Positions 1-12,828 of a stretch of DNA of 64,000 nucleotides are shown here, one piece after another (position 1 is the first letter of the stretch; the number at the start of each line of letters is the position of its first letter). Position numbers and translations under genes: made by a program. The notes under the pieces were generated by a model that searched no databases, was not told where the DNA came from, and saw nothing but the letters and a program-made list of their open reading frames with translations. Origin of the DNA: Haliotis cracherodii (Eukaryota); the NCBI RefSeq assembly GCF_022045235.1, contig NW_027266275.1:72788001-72852000 (forward strand), read 5' to 3'.

Positions 1-86
1 CTACAGCAAGTAGTTGGGACCAAAAAGTAAGTTGGTTATATCCGACAGTTCGTTATAAGCGTGTTCGTTATAACCGTAGTTTACTG
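1..86. mobile_element. End of a Tc1/mariner-type MITE
   Basis: ...gttcgttataaccgtagtttactg|TA terminus with a repeated gttcgttataa subterminal motif. Confidence 0.5.
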
Positions 87-466
87 TACATAATTTTTTT
101 TACAAAAGTCAATAACTACCATATGATCATACTTTTGAAAGGCATGCATTCTGAAACATACAATCACAAGACAATACTTGGCCATGGTTATCAATCCAAC
201 ACCCCAAAATTCAATTCACTACAGCACAGATAGCTGACAAGGCAAGACATTTTCCAGACAATTTCCGAGAGAGGAAACATTTACCTAATCAAACAAAAGT
301 TGAAGCTATAGCAGACTTCCCTATAGGATCATTGACGTTTTACTCCTGACTCACAAAGCTATCTACTATCACCAATAGCAGTATTGCGCTATCAGTATGT
401 ATGAGGACACAGTATTGCTGCCTACAACAACCGGGGAGCCCACCTGGAAGGTGCGCGGTACGCGAC

Positions 467-805
467 TGACTGACTGACTGATATAAAAGATTTAACGTGC
501 GCTTTCCGACTACAGCGTATTTCGCACACGGGCCTGGCCGGACCATTTAGTGTATTCCGAGAAGGGTGAAAGTGGTGTGTGCAACCCAAGAGGGGGCTTT
601 TAGGGGTTGCTTATATTGATTTTTTGAAATTTTTAAATTTGGAATAAATGCCGAGGTGGGTGGAGGAGGGAACTAAGGGAGCCGGGTGAGGTGCGTGTTT
701 GTATGTTTATTGGATTTTGGATTGGTAGATTAATTAATTTTTAGATGCGCTTAATTAGGTCTGTTTTGATTAGGAATACGCCTAGGGCCTTGAAGTTTTC
801 TAGTT
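467..805 (-). mobile_element. 5'-truncated LINE 3' end
   Basis: Minus strand encodes ...ENFKALGVFLIKTDLIKRI*, then a 3' UTR and a (CAGT)n tail. Direct repeat TACGCGAC at 459-466 and 806-813. Confidence 0.7.
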
Positions 806-1183
806 TACGCGACCGCTGTGTGTGACATTTATACTCCAATCAATCACCCATGAATAACCAGCCATTGAAATTAGCTGGCCTGATCGGGTATAACTAGAGG
901 GAATTATATGATAAGACAAATTGTAAGTTGAAACTACCTTAAATGCTTAATAGGAATTTAACCAGGTGACAATAAGTATTAAAGAGGTTATGGCGGTTTT
1001 CAATTCATAAAACTGAATAGTTTTATTGTTGTATTCTGTTTGTGTGCTATTATCTATAATTAAGTGTATCAGATGAACAATTATGAATATATGATAGACA
1101 TGTTAGTGTCCAATTATTTGTAAATGATTCTCAAAATTATATAATTAAAAATTAAATTAACTGCAACCAAAAAATTATGTGTC

Positions 1184-1425
1184 TGGGGAGATATGTGTCT
1201 GTATTTACTATCATGGAGAACTTAGAGTGGCCTGCCTTGTAGTCCCAGTTCAATATACCGTATAGAACACGAGGGGGGAGATATGTGTCTGTATTCCCTA
1301 CTATCATGGAGAACTTAGAGTGGCCTGCCTTGTAGTCCCAGTTCAATATACCGTATAGAACACGAGCAGGGATATATGTCTCTGTATTCCCCACTATCAT
1401 GGAGAAGTTAGAGAGGCCTGCCTTG
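1184..1425. repeat. Tandem repeat, 90-93 bp unit, about 2.6 copies
   Basis: atatgtgtct recurs at 1191, 1281 and about 1374. Confidence 0.9.
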
Positions 1426-2329
1426 TCGTTGGGCAGTAATCAGCACTCCAACTTGCAGTGTTTACAACTGATATCAGCCTTGCTGATCACTCAGAAAATT
1501 GCTCTAATTCACCCACCTCCTGTGACCCCACTCTAACCTCTGACCCCTACCCAGCATGCTCTGCTCCATGTAGAGATAATCTATTGATGTGCCTGTGAGC
1601 GCACAGGTTAATGTCACTACAGCCTGAGAACAGAGCTTACTACGGGGAACGGAGTCTACTATGGCATTTAGGCCAGTTCTACAATGTAATGCCCCTGTTT
1701 GCTCTGTCACCTGAACAAGTCATCCCAGGACATGCAGAGACTGCTGATGGAGACAAAGGTGGCACTGCACTGATCTGTTTGTCACAGGTACTCAGGCATA
1801 CCCCCTGCTGCCAAAATAGCTCCGTGTAAACACACGCCCTCATTATAAGGCTGAGGTGGGAGACAGGTGACTACACGCTCATATACACACACTTTGGATC
1901 TGCCCACACCGGTTGATATGTGTTATTGAGAAAGGAATGCATGACACAAAAAACGTGACAGGATACCGAGTCAGAAAGATAGACAGTGCTTCCATTCTGG
2001 AAAACTGACAAATAATTTCACTTCACCATCTAAATTATCTACCACTATCCTGCACCAATGTTGAAGTGTGGAAGTTATGTCACCATAACAATCATACAAA
2101 TTTATGACCTCCTTTTTTGGATACATTAGTTCAAGTTATTACAGTATACGTGTTTGCATATCCAAAAAACAATAATAGCAACTTATAGCAAAGAAAGATA
2201 ATGGCTTCATGCAGAAATACTCATTAACTGTGGAGTTTGGGCAGAAAACAAACATTACTTGTTTGAGACTCAGTCCAAATTGTTTCCATGGAAACACAAC
2301 AACTAAAAAAGATTTATAAATACGAAAAG

Positions 2330-2630
2330 GCAATAGTTGACCATGGTCATTGCACAAGTATCACTTAGATAAGCATGCAAACTTTCATTTATGTAACTTT
2401 AGTTTCTGAGAAAAACTTGCAGACACTATGCACTTACGGCACCAATTTTCGAACTCATTTAAGATCGTGACCAGGAACATCAGTGAGTAAAATTTGATCT
2501 TTTTAACTTAAATAGTTTTTGAGAAAAGTTCTCCCCATTGAGAAGCAGACGGACGGACGGACGGACAGACAGACAGACAGACGGACTCTGTTTCTACATT
2601 CCCCACCCCACTTCATGGCGGGGGATAGAA
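2330..2630 (+). mobile_element. Helentron/DINE-1-like non-autonomous element (HINE)
   Basis: (GGAC)n(AGAC)n microsatellite followed by a short 3' palindrome, ccccac-ttcat-ggcggggg-ata. Confidence 0.55.
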
Positions 2631-2969
2631 CATACAACAACAGTACCGTGAAAGATGGAATAGTGACACTGACTTGGAAAATAGGATTTCTCAACATTCC
2701 CTGGGAACACATATTAACGCCAACCTTGTTGAGGTGATCATGCACTGAGCTGGCACCTGAAGATAGGAATTATCACTAGCACAGCTAGAAGATAACCTGC
2801 CTGTATTACCTAGCCCTGTATTATTGATTGAAGGAGCTATCTTTGAGAGTACAAAGTATCTACTCTCAGCTACAGGGTATTACTTATTCAACACATTATT
2901 CTTTGTACTGTTGAACCTATTCTGTTAAGACCAATTACATTGTTCATTATGCATGAAGAAAATAAGGAG

Positions 2970-3995
2970 GCAACAGTGTTGACATATAGCCTCCCATACA
3001 CACATAACAGTGTTGACAGATAGCCTTCCATACACACATAACAGTGTTGACATATAGCCTTCCATACACACATAACAGTGTTGACATATAGCCTTCCATA
3101 CACACATAACAGTGTTGACATATAGCCTTCCATACACACATAACAGTGTTGACAGATAGCCTCCCATACACACATAACAGTGTTGACATATAGCCTTCCA
3201 TACACAGGTAACAGTGTTGACATATAGCCTTCCATACACAGGTAACAGTGTTGACATATTGCCTTCCATACACAGGCAACAGTGTTGACATATAGCCTCC
3301 CATACACACATAACAGTGTTGACATATAGCCTTCCATACACAGGTAACAGTGTTGACATATAGCCTTCCATACACAGGTAACAGTGTTGACATATTGCCT
3401 TCCATACACACACAACAGTGTTGACATATAGCCTCCCATACACACATAACAGTGTTGACATATAGCCTCCCATACACACATAACAGTGTTGACATATAGC
3501 CTTCCATACACAGGTAACAGTGTTGACAGTTAGCCTCCCATACACACACAGCAGTGTTGACAGTTAGCCTCCCATACACACACAACAGTGTTGACAGATA
3601 GCCTCCCATACACACACAACAGTGTTGACAAATTTCCTCCCATACACAGGCAACAGTACTGACTTATTGCCTCCAATACACAGGCAACAGTGTTGACAGA
3701 TAGCCTTCCATACACACACAACAGTGTTGACAGATAGCCTCCCATACACACACAACAGTATTGACAAATTGCCTCCCATACACACACAACATTATTGACT
3801 TATTGCCTCCCATACACAGGCAACAGTGTTGACAGATAGCCTCCCATTAACACACAACAGTGTTGACATATTGCCTCCCATACACAGGCAACAATGTTGA
3901 CAGATAGCCTCCCATTAACACAAAACAGTGTTGACAGATAGCCTCCTATCCACAGGCAACAGTGTTAACAAATAGCCTCCAATACAAAGGCAACA
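2970..3995. repeat. Minisatellite, 34-bp unit
   Basis: acagtgttgacatatagccttccatacacacata, about 30 copies. Confidence 0.97.
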
Positions 3996-4246
3996 AAGGT
4001 ATTTGTTGACGATTATAACATTTTGGCTTCGTAATGGAATTTAAATGCTGAATTCAACAGGAGTCGGATCAGTTCTGTGAAACGACAAACTACAGCCCAG
4101 CTCATGCACTGGCCTTGGATGGAGCTGAGAACTATCAACACAAGGTTGATGTGCAGTAATTGATACAGACACTGTTGTTTCAGATACTACTATATGCCAC
4201 AAGTGTATACATAATACTGCATCTGATAAAGATGCATACACATAAA

Positions 4247-4975
4247 TAGACACGACTGTATGACACACCTATGTATTCAGACACGACTGTATGACACACC
4301 TATGTATTCAGACACGACTGTATGACACACTTATGTATTCAGACATGACTGCATGACACACCTATGTATTCAGACACGACTGCATGACACACCTATGTAT
4401 TCAGACACGACTGTATGACACACTTATGTATTCAGACATGACTGCATGACACACCTATGTATTCAGACACGACTGTATGACACACTTATGTATTCAGACA
4501 CGACTGCATGACACACCTATGTATTCAGACACTACTGTATGACACACCTATGTATTCAGACACGACTGCATGACACACCTATGTATTCAGACACGACTGC
4601 ATGACACACTTATGTATTCAGACACGACTGTATGACACACCTATGTATTCAGACACGACTGCATGACACACCTATGTATTCAGACACGACTGCATGACAC
4701 ACTTATGTATTCAGACACGACTGCATGACACACCTATGTATTCAGACACGACTGCATGACACACCTATGTATTCAGACACGACTGCATGACACACTTATG
4801 TATTCAGACACGACTGCATGACACACCTATGTATTCAGACACGACTGCATGACACACCTATGTATTCAGACACGACTGCATGACACACCTATGTATTCAG
4901 ACACGACTGTATGACACACCTATGTATTCAGACACTACTGTATGACACACCTATGTATTCAGACACTGCTGTATC
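4247..4975. repeat. Minisatellite, 31-bp unit
   Basis: tgacacacctatgtattcagacacgactg(c/t)a. Confidence 0.97.
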
Positions 4976-5231
4976 TGACAATATATATACATGTGATACA
5001 CCTACATTTACAAGAAAGTGAGTCCAAATTTAGCGTAGCATCGACATTATTTCAGCCATATAGTGACGTTTACAAGACTGACATTTAAAATATATATTCC
5101 ACTGAGAGAAGTGAATGCGATAGTGGTGGCTCCATACACCTTCAACAGCAGGTATGAATAGATCTGCTGCTTATCATAAGTAGTGCAAGTGTTAGCCCAG
5201 CTCCCGCACTACTGCGTTGTGTAATGGACTT

Positions 5232-5264
<33 letters not shown>

Positions 5265-5288
5265 CCACGGCCACCACCACCACCACCA
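5232..5288. repeat. (CCGACA)n + (CCA)n microsatellite
   Basis: Direct reading. Confidence 0.9.
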
Positions 5289-6577
5289 TGCAGCACCAAC
5301 TACTTAGCTGTGATTTCCTTGCAGCCCTATGTCCACACACTGCAAGAAAAGCACACTGATGACGCTAGGCAATACAGCCCATATCAACCCATCATACCCA
5401 ACTATGACATCAAGACTCTTGACAAAGCTCTCCTGCATCTAATGCTCCAATATACTGCAGTTATGGCCTGCTCTATTGCGGTGTTATGTGCCACAAACAC
5501 TTTGGCTTTCATAAAAAGAAGAAGCCTGCAAAAACAGTAATTATCTAGAAACGGGAACTTCTAAATTCCTGGCAGACCTGCATGTGAGCATGTCAATAAA
5601 AACATGAAGATATTTCAGTCCAAGGACAACCACTAGCTCCTAGCATTGTTCCCGTCTCAAGACCAATACATGTTTTCCCACACATCAGTGCAGAAACAGG
5701 AGCATGGACATCTGACAGATATACATGTATGTACACATAACACTGCCTGTAACAGACCAGTGCATGTTCCCTGACAGACCGTCACACTGTTGTTATTATT
5801 AGACACATGTAGGATCAGTTCTGTAAGGTAATATGTGTGCTGCCACCTGGCGCTACTTATATAGACCACTTGCTTGCTAAGGAATGCGCACCTATGCTTT
5901 CTACAACCACCTGGCAATATATCTGTCTGTTGAATAAGACACAATACAGGAAATAAATAGTTCGTCAGTATCCACAACTGAAGAGTAAAATGTTCTCAGA
6001 TATCAACATGATGCTGACATGCCGATTGGAATGTCGTCCTCTGTAGTCGTGTATGTTGATGTCCAATTCTGACATCCCCAATAGCCGGAATTTAGCCTTG
6101 CTCTAATGCTGTACAGAAAGAAAAATCCATGCATGTGTTGTAATTCTATCCTCCTAATAGGCAAGTCTAAATATGTGGACTCCAGTCTAGGGACAACTTG
6201 TTCTTATTATTTCCATAATCTAGAAATTATGATTTAAACTAATAATTATTGCCTTAGAGACTTGTGCAAATCTAGCAGAGAGGCTGATCCTGCAGAGAGC
6301 AAGGTGCATGTAGGCTAAATGTTCGGTGGAATCAATGCAGGTAATCTATACACTCTTCCACTGTAAGTACCTGGTCATGCACAATGTCTCTGCAGCTCTA
6401 CCGATGACAACAACAACATTGTGGCATCTTTATTGATCCAACTTTTTGCCACAGATTCCGCCAGCCGAGTTGCGATGCTAGGGATGGAAGGTGAAGGCCA
6501 CATGAAAAGATGCACTCTTTGCCCCTGCACTGCTGGTACTGAGAGGTTTGTTTACACCTGTCATTAATTACAGGTAT

Positions 6578-7510
6578 CTGTGTTATACACTACAAGTGGG
6601 GAATCAGTGTTATACATTACATGTGGGGTATCAGTGTCATACACTACAAGTGGGGAATCAGTGTTATACATTACAAGTGGGGAATCAGTGTTATACATTA
6701 CAAGTGGGGTATCAGTGTTATACACTACAACTGGGGTATCAGTGTCATACACTAAAAGTGGGGTATCAGTGTTATACACTGCAAGGGGAGTACCAGTGTT
6801 CTACACTACAAGTGGGGTACCAGTGTTATACACTAAAAGTGGGGTACCAGTGTTATACACTACAAGTGGGGTACCAGTGTTATACACTACAAGTGGGGTA
6901 TAAGTGTTATATACAAACAAGAGGGGTATCAGTGTTATACACTACAAGTGGGGTATCAGTGTTATACACTACAAGTGGTGTACCAGTGTTCTACACTACA
7001 AGTGGGGTATCAGTGTTATACAGTACAAGTGGGGTACCAGTGTTCTACTCTACAAGTGGGGTACCAGTGTTATACACTACAAGTGGGGTATCAGTGTTAT
7101 ACACTACAATGGGGTATCAGTGTTATATACTACAAGTGGGGTATCAGTGTTATACAGTACAAGTGGGGTATCAGTGTCATACACTACAAGTGGGGTACCA
7201 GTGTTATATACTACAAGTGGGGTACCAGTGTTCTACACTACAAGTGGGGTACCGGTGTTATATACTACAAGTGGGGTATCAGTGTTATACACTACAAGTG
7301 GGGTATCAGTGTTATACACTACAAGTGGGGTATCAGTGTTATACACTACAAGTGGGGTATCAGTGTTATACACTACAAGTGGGGCACCAATGTCATATAG
7401 AAATGGGGTACCAGTGTTTGTTCTACAAGTGTAGAGTGTTATAGGTATCAGGTATAGGGGTATCAGTGTTATATACTACAAGTGGGGTACCAGTGTTATA
7501 TACTTAAAGT
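6578..7510. repeat. Minisatellite, 27-bp unit
   Basis: gtgttatacactacaagtggggtatca. Confidence 0.97.
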
Positions 7511-10024
7511 GGGCTACCTGCTTCATACCTTCTGTATTTTCATACGACAGGTGGCTAGTCGTCTAGACTCAGTAACATATCTAACTCAGTTTCAATGGCA
7601 AATTATCAATAAATATCTCGCCACATTAGTCAATGAGTGATGGAGTGAGTTGGACATAATGCTGCTAAAATTTAACAATATTTAAATAATACCATAACCG
7701 TTCAGCCTTATGTGGGGGGAAAGCCCAAAGTGATGTAGGACTATGACTTCCCTCATGTCGGTGAAATCTACAAGCATGGCTATGGTGTTGCTGACCAAAT
7801 GATTCTTTACTTCCTGCATGTATGCAGAATTTGTTGTTATAGCGAGGTATGCTATAAAAGGCACCTGAGGGATTAAGGGTTATCAGACATCATGCTTACA
7901 CCCCTATGTCAAACAAAGTGGAGCAGAGACCCGGCCTTGTCACAAAGACTGGGCCTCATTAGCTCACCACACACACGTCTCTTTACTGAAGGTTGTATCA
8001 CCTACACTGCCAATATACTCCACTTACCTAAGTCATCAGGTGCAACACACAGTAACATAAACGTCCTTGGTTATTCTCACAGGCTTCTAGAAAATATATC
8101 TTTACATCATTCCTAAAAATACATTCTTGATTGTTCATCAGAGAAAAGAAATCCTAAGTAATTGTCTAATTTAATGACATAAATAACATAATTGATACAG
8201 GCAGCAATGAACATGGAACATGGCCACACATACCAATGCTGGCTACTGCCGATCATTCTTATATTTCTCTTCAATTACCATGGCAATCAACAAACCTCAG
8301 TTTGATCCCTAATACAGTTGGCACATCAAACACACTGGGTAACTATTCTCACCTGGAATTCCCACGGGGTACTGATTCTTCAAATGTGTTCTTGCAATGC
8401 ATTCAGACATAAGAGTCAAGTCTCTGAGAGTCATAAAAAAAGACATATGTATAAAACATATGGACAAAACTTCTTTTGCATTTGTAACCACATTTCAAGT
8501 TGTTATCCATAACAAATAGAGTGTTGAAATAAACATAAAAATCAAAATTGCTTTTTTCGTTTGTCAAATTTTAGGAAGGCTCAAAATCAATCTGAAACAA
8601 CAAAATGGTGTAGTCTATTATAAGGAAAGACACTGCCTATAGATTCCATCTCAGAAATGCAGGGAACATGCCAGGCCCAGCACCTCCTGAATAGCGTGAA
8701 GACACTCTCTTAAACATCAATAAATCCTGCTCCACTCAAATGATATCTTTAATGGGGACAGATTGCTTGGGGCGAGAAGGCGAGTACCAAATATTGTCCG
8801 AGTTTAGCATGTTAATGCCAAAATATGTGAACAAAGGTATCTGTAGGGCAGGTACAATGTTGAGGCTTCATGTAAGAGGGGCAGAACAATCTACATGCAG
8901 GACCTCCCCGTCCCCAGTGGCTGCAGCCACCCCTCACAACGTAACTGTGATCAATGGCTCCTGCTGAATAATTCAGGCCTGGTGTAAACCGATCATATGT
9001 GAGCTCATCTTGCTGCTCGTTCTCCACCATTCTCAACATACACAAGTCGGGGCCTCAGACAACAAACAGGTTATTTCCGAATGACGTCGGTATTATTTCT
9101 GGATTCTAAATCTTTGGAAGTAAATGTCAGCTTTGTTTAAACATGGTTTTAAGTAAGATTGATTTTAGTCTTTCTTTCCAACCTTATTGACAATAAAATC
9201 TTGGTGTTACCATTTTGGAAACATTTATTTGAAATGCTGCACTATTCTGTATTTCCTAGGTGCATTATGCTTACAGAAATCACACGGAGTAACACATGGA
9301 CACCCCTCCGATGTAACACACTGTTGTTAACAGGCAATATATTTCCTAATGTTTGCCCATGTCGTGGCAACATGCTATGGTTCAGTGCCACTTTGGTGTA
9401 TGGATTACACATGCCATGTTAAGTCTGTTAATCTTGCATGTAACTGCTAAATGACACAGCTTGCCTACAATCTTCTTGAATCTTGGACCTGCTAATACTG
9501 TGGCCCCTACCTCAGCACCAAACACTGAAGCCTCAAATGTGAGCCTACTCATCTTCTTAACCAAAAAACCAACACCCACCTCAACCACCTCATCTTCCCG
9601 AGGCAAGGAAGTTAACTGACTATATAAGTCCAGTTTACAAGCCGAACAAGGCTGGTATTATGGAGTTACATGTTGGCTGGACTAACGAGTCTATGCATAG
9701 TCCAATCACAATCACGTAACGAAATCGAAATCCGGTTTGTAAACTGTCGTGCAGATTTCAGTTGATTGCAGGATTTGCAAAGCATGTGCACCGCCACCTC
9801 GTTGTCAACAGTTATTTTCCAAACTTTTTCATGTTCTTAATACAGATCTTGATGATCGATCAGATCGTCTTGACTGAGCGCCACCATAGGAGAGGCTAAG
9901 AAGGGACATAACCCCTAATAACCACTGGTGGCGCTACTATCGACCCCAGGAATTCCAGCCTAGTTCAGCAAGGGTGGAAACTGGACTTTTAAAGTCAGTT
10001 AACACTCTTGCCTCGGGAAGATGC

Positions 10025-10345
10025 ACCCACCCCCATCTCAGCCCCACCCCTTGTCCAGTGTCCCTGTCGCCACTAACTCCCAGCACCATCTCAGCCCCAC
10101 TCCTAGTCCAGTGTCCCCACCCCCATCTCAGCCCCACCCCTTGTCCAGTGTCCCCACCCCCATCTCAGCCCCATCCCTTGTCCAGTGTCCCCACCCCCAT
10201 CTCAGCCCCACCCCTTGTCCAGTGTCCCCACCCCCATCTCAGCCCCACCCCTTGTCTAGTGGCCCCACCACTATCTCAGCCCCACCCCTAGTCCAGTGTC
10301 CCCACCATCTCAGCCCCACCACCATCTCAGCCCCACCCCCACTCC
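10025..10345. repeat. C-rich minisatellite, 37-bp unit
   Basis: catctcagccccaccccttgtccagtgtccccacccc. Confidence 0.95.
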
Positions 10346-11074
10346 AACACCCCTGACCCCCAGGGACAGTGGAGTGGACCCACATGCAGTGGACAACATG
10401 GAGGATGACATCACATGCCCCGCTATGGAAACACCTGGAATGCATTTCAGTCTTTACAAACAGTCAACAAATGTGTGGATTGTGGATTTTGTATGAGTAA
10501 ACATGGCTATACATAGCAGCATTCTGTCAACGTGCTCCAGTGGCCCTGCTCCGCATCAATGCCACTTTCCTCTCACAACATGTTGTAGAGCACACACAAC
10601 AACTTAACACAACTTAACCAAGCGAGGATTAAAGCTTTGTGAGGATTACTCGCTGATCGGCATTTGGAAGAGTGTGAGCTGTCATGATACAATCAGGTAT
10701 CTAGTTCCCGACACACTGGGTCGTATGCGAGACAGACATTGGGCAGAGGTCAACTATACCACTTATTCCAACTCTCAAATGTTTTCAATTTCACCGTTAC
10801 TGGTGTTTGCAACAAAATAAATAAATATTCCCTTGTTTAGTACATTACAATGCCTTGAATATAGGACACTATGGTCCCTTGAATACAGAGCTCTATGAAC
10901 CCACAGACCCCCTGAATGCCTCACCTAAGGACCTATTGAATATGGGAGCATAGGGGCCTTGTAAGGTCCGTTGAGAGCCTAAGATACAGGGCACCTCGAA
11001 TACCACAAATGTGTCCCTCAATTACTGAATTGCTGGGTTCCTTGAATAGACATATGATCCCTTGAATATTAAAC

Positions 11075-11990
11075 ACAGGATCCCTTGATCACTAGATAAA
11101 CAGGATCCCTTGATCACTAGATAAACAGGTCCCTTGATCACTAGATAAACAGGATCCCTTGATCACTAAACATGTCCCTTGATCACTAAACATGTCCCTT
11201 GATCACTAGATAAACAGGTCCCTTGATCACTAGATAAACAGGATCCCTTGATCACTAGATAAACAGGTCCCTTGGCGACTAGATAAACAGGTCCCTTGAT
11301 CACTAAACATGTCCCTTGATCACTAAACATGTCCCTTGATCACTAAACATGTCCCTTGATCACTAGATAAACAGGTCCCTTGACCACTAGATAAACAGGT
11401 CCCTTGACCACTAGATAAACAGGTCCCTTGATCTATAGATAAACAGGATCCCTTGATCACTCAACCGGTCCCTTGATCACTAAACAGGTCCCTTGATCAC
11501 TAGATAAACAGGTCCCTTGATCACTAGATAAACAGGTCCCTTGACCACTAGATAAACAGGTCCCTTGATCACTAGATAAACAGGTCCCTTGATCACTAGA
11601 TAAACAGGTCCCTTGACTACTGAACTATAGTACTTGAATACTTAATTTTGGATCCAATGAATTCTAAACATAGGATCCCTTGAATACTTAATTTTGGATC
11701 CAATGAATTCTAAACATAGGATCCCTTGAATACTAAATATAGGATCCAGTGAATTCTAAATGTAGGGTCCCTAGAATACTAAACACAGGGTCCCTCCAAT
11801 ACTAAACATAGGGTCCCTCCAATACTAAACATAGGATCCCTTGAACACAAACATAGGATCCAATGAATTCTAAACATAGGATCTAATGAATTCTAAACGT
11901 AGGGTCCCTTGAATACTAAACAAAGGGTCCCTTGAATATTAAACCTAGGATTCCTTCAATACTGGATAAAAATGTCCCTTGAATATTGGT
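11075..11990. repeat. Minisatellite, 20-25-bp units (homogeneous core 11075-11620, diverged flank)
   Basis: gtcccttgatcactagataaacag and shorter gtcccttgatcactaaacat variants. Confidence 0.93.
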
Positions 11991-12567
11991 GCCCCTGGGT
12001 CTAGGCCTGTATTTTACCTATCCCATGTGAAACTCAACAGTCACATGTTAGCTCTGAAGTAATGGGGCACATTATTTACTTTCACAACAGGTTTGTTTGC
12101 AACTGCCACAGTCAAGCAAGCCTCCTAATCTGAGGAGTGAGTGAGTGAGGGAGGTTTAGCACAGTAATGTCTGACACATCCTCTCCATCACGATCGTCAC
12201 CATACTTTGAAACTAATTACATCTGTTCTCATACCGTCAACATTTCAATGGTCCTTCAGGAAACACAAATAGTCTAAGGATTTATCTAGACTTGCTTAAA
12301 GGCCGGTATTTCACCCCAAGTCTGCAGCAAATGTCAAATGTACCAAATTTGAGTTTAAAATTTTGCAATTCATGTCAATATGGTTCCCACTACTGTTATC
12401 ACTTTGCAGGGGAGACCGACAACGGGATCAACTGATGGAGAGGATTAATGACTAGTGTTACATTATTGTTGTGAACATGTAGAATGCAATGTTTTACAGG
12501 CATGACTGGACATTTAAGGCTGGTTTCAACAGCATCAGGCAATAAGAGTTACCATTTTGTTTCATAA

Positions 12568-12828
12568 GTGAGTGAGTGAGTTTAACGCCGCTTTTAACAG
12601 TTATATCATGGGTGTCAGCTAATGTGGGAGGAAAGCCCGAAGTGATGCAGGTCCCAGACTTTTACCACTTCGTTGAAACCCATGAGCACGGGTATGGTGC
12701 TGACAAACCTAGAAACATAATCGGGGCGAACTGGGATTCGAACCCACAATCATAGGTTTCTGCCGTGCCCAAGGGACGCAACTCTGCACATTGAATTGCG
12801 GCGCCTTAGACGACTGAGCCACCTGTGC
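12568..12828 (-). mobile_element. tRNA-Leu-like SINE (family L), full length
   Basis: Minus strand: GGTGGCTCAGTCGTCTAAGGCGC (A box) ... GGTTCGAATCCC (B box), body, (CTCA)n tail. Homologues at about 54981-55239, 7645-7800, 27415-27520, 33530-33665. Confidence 0.85.

Noticed and set aside
356-443. Minus-strand exon GGLPGCCRQQY... as continuation of MPG
   Set aside because: Phase fits, but the polypyrimidine tract is weak, it abuts a LINE insertion, and the peptide is unrecognisable.
2888-3787. Long Cys/Tyr-rich ORFs in three frames
   Set aside because: Translation of a 34-bp minisatellite.
6548-7444. GYQCYTLQV-repeat ORFs
   Set aside because: 27-bp minisatellite with frameshifting units.
8028-8090. 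Minus-strand exon with a strong GTAAGT donor as exon 2 of the divergent gene
   Set aside because: Stops in all three frames.
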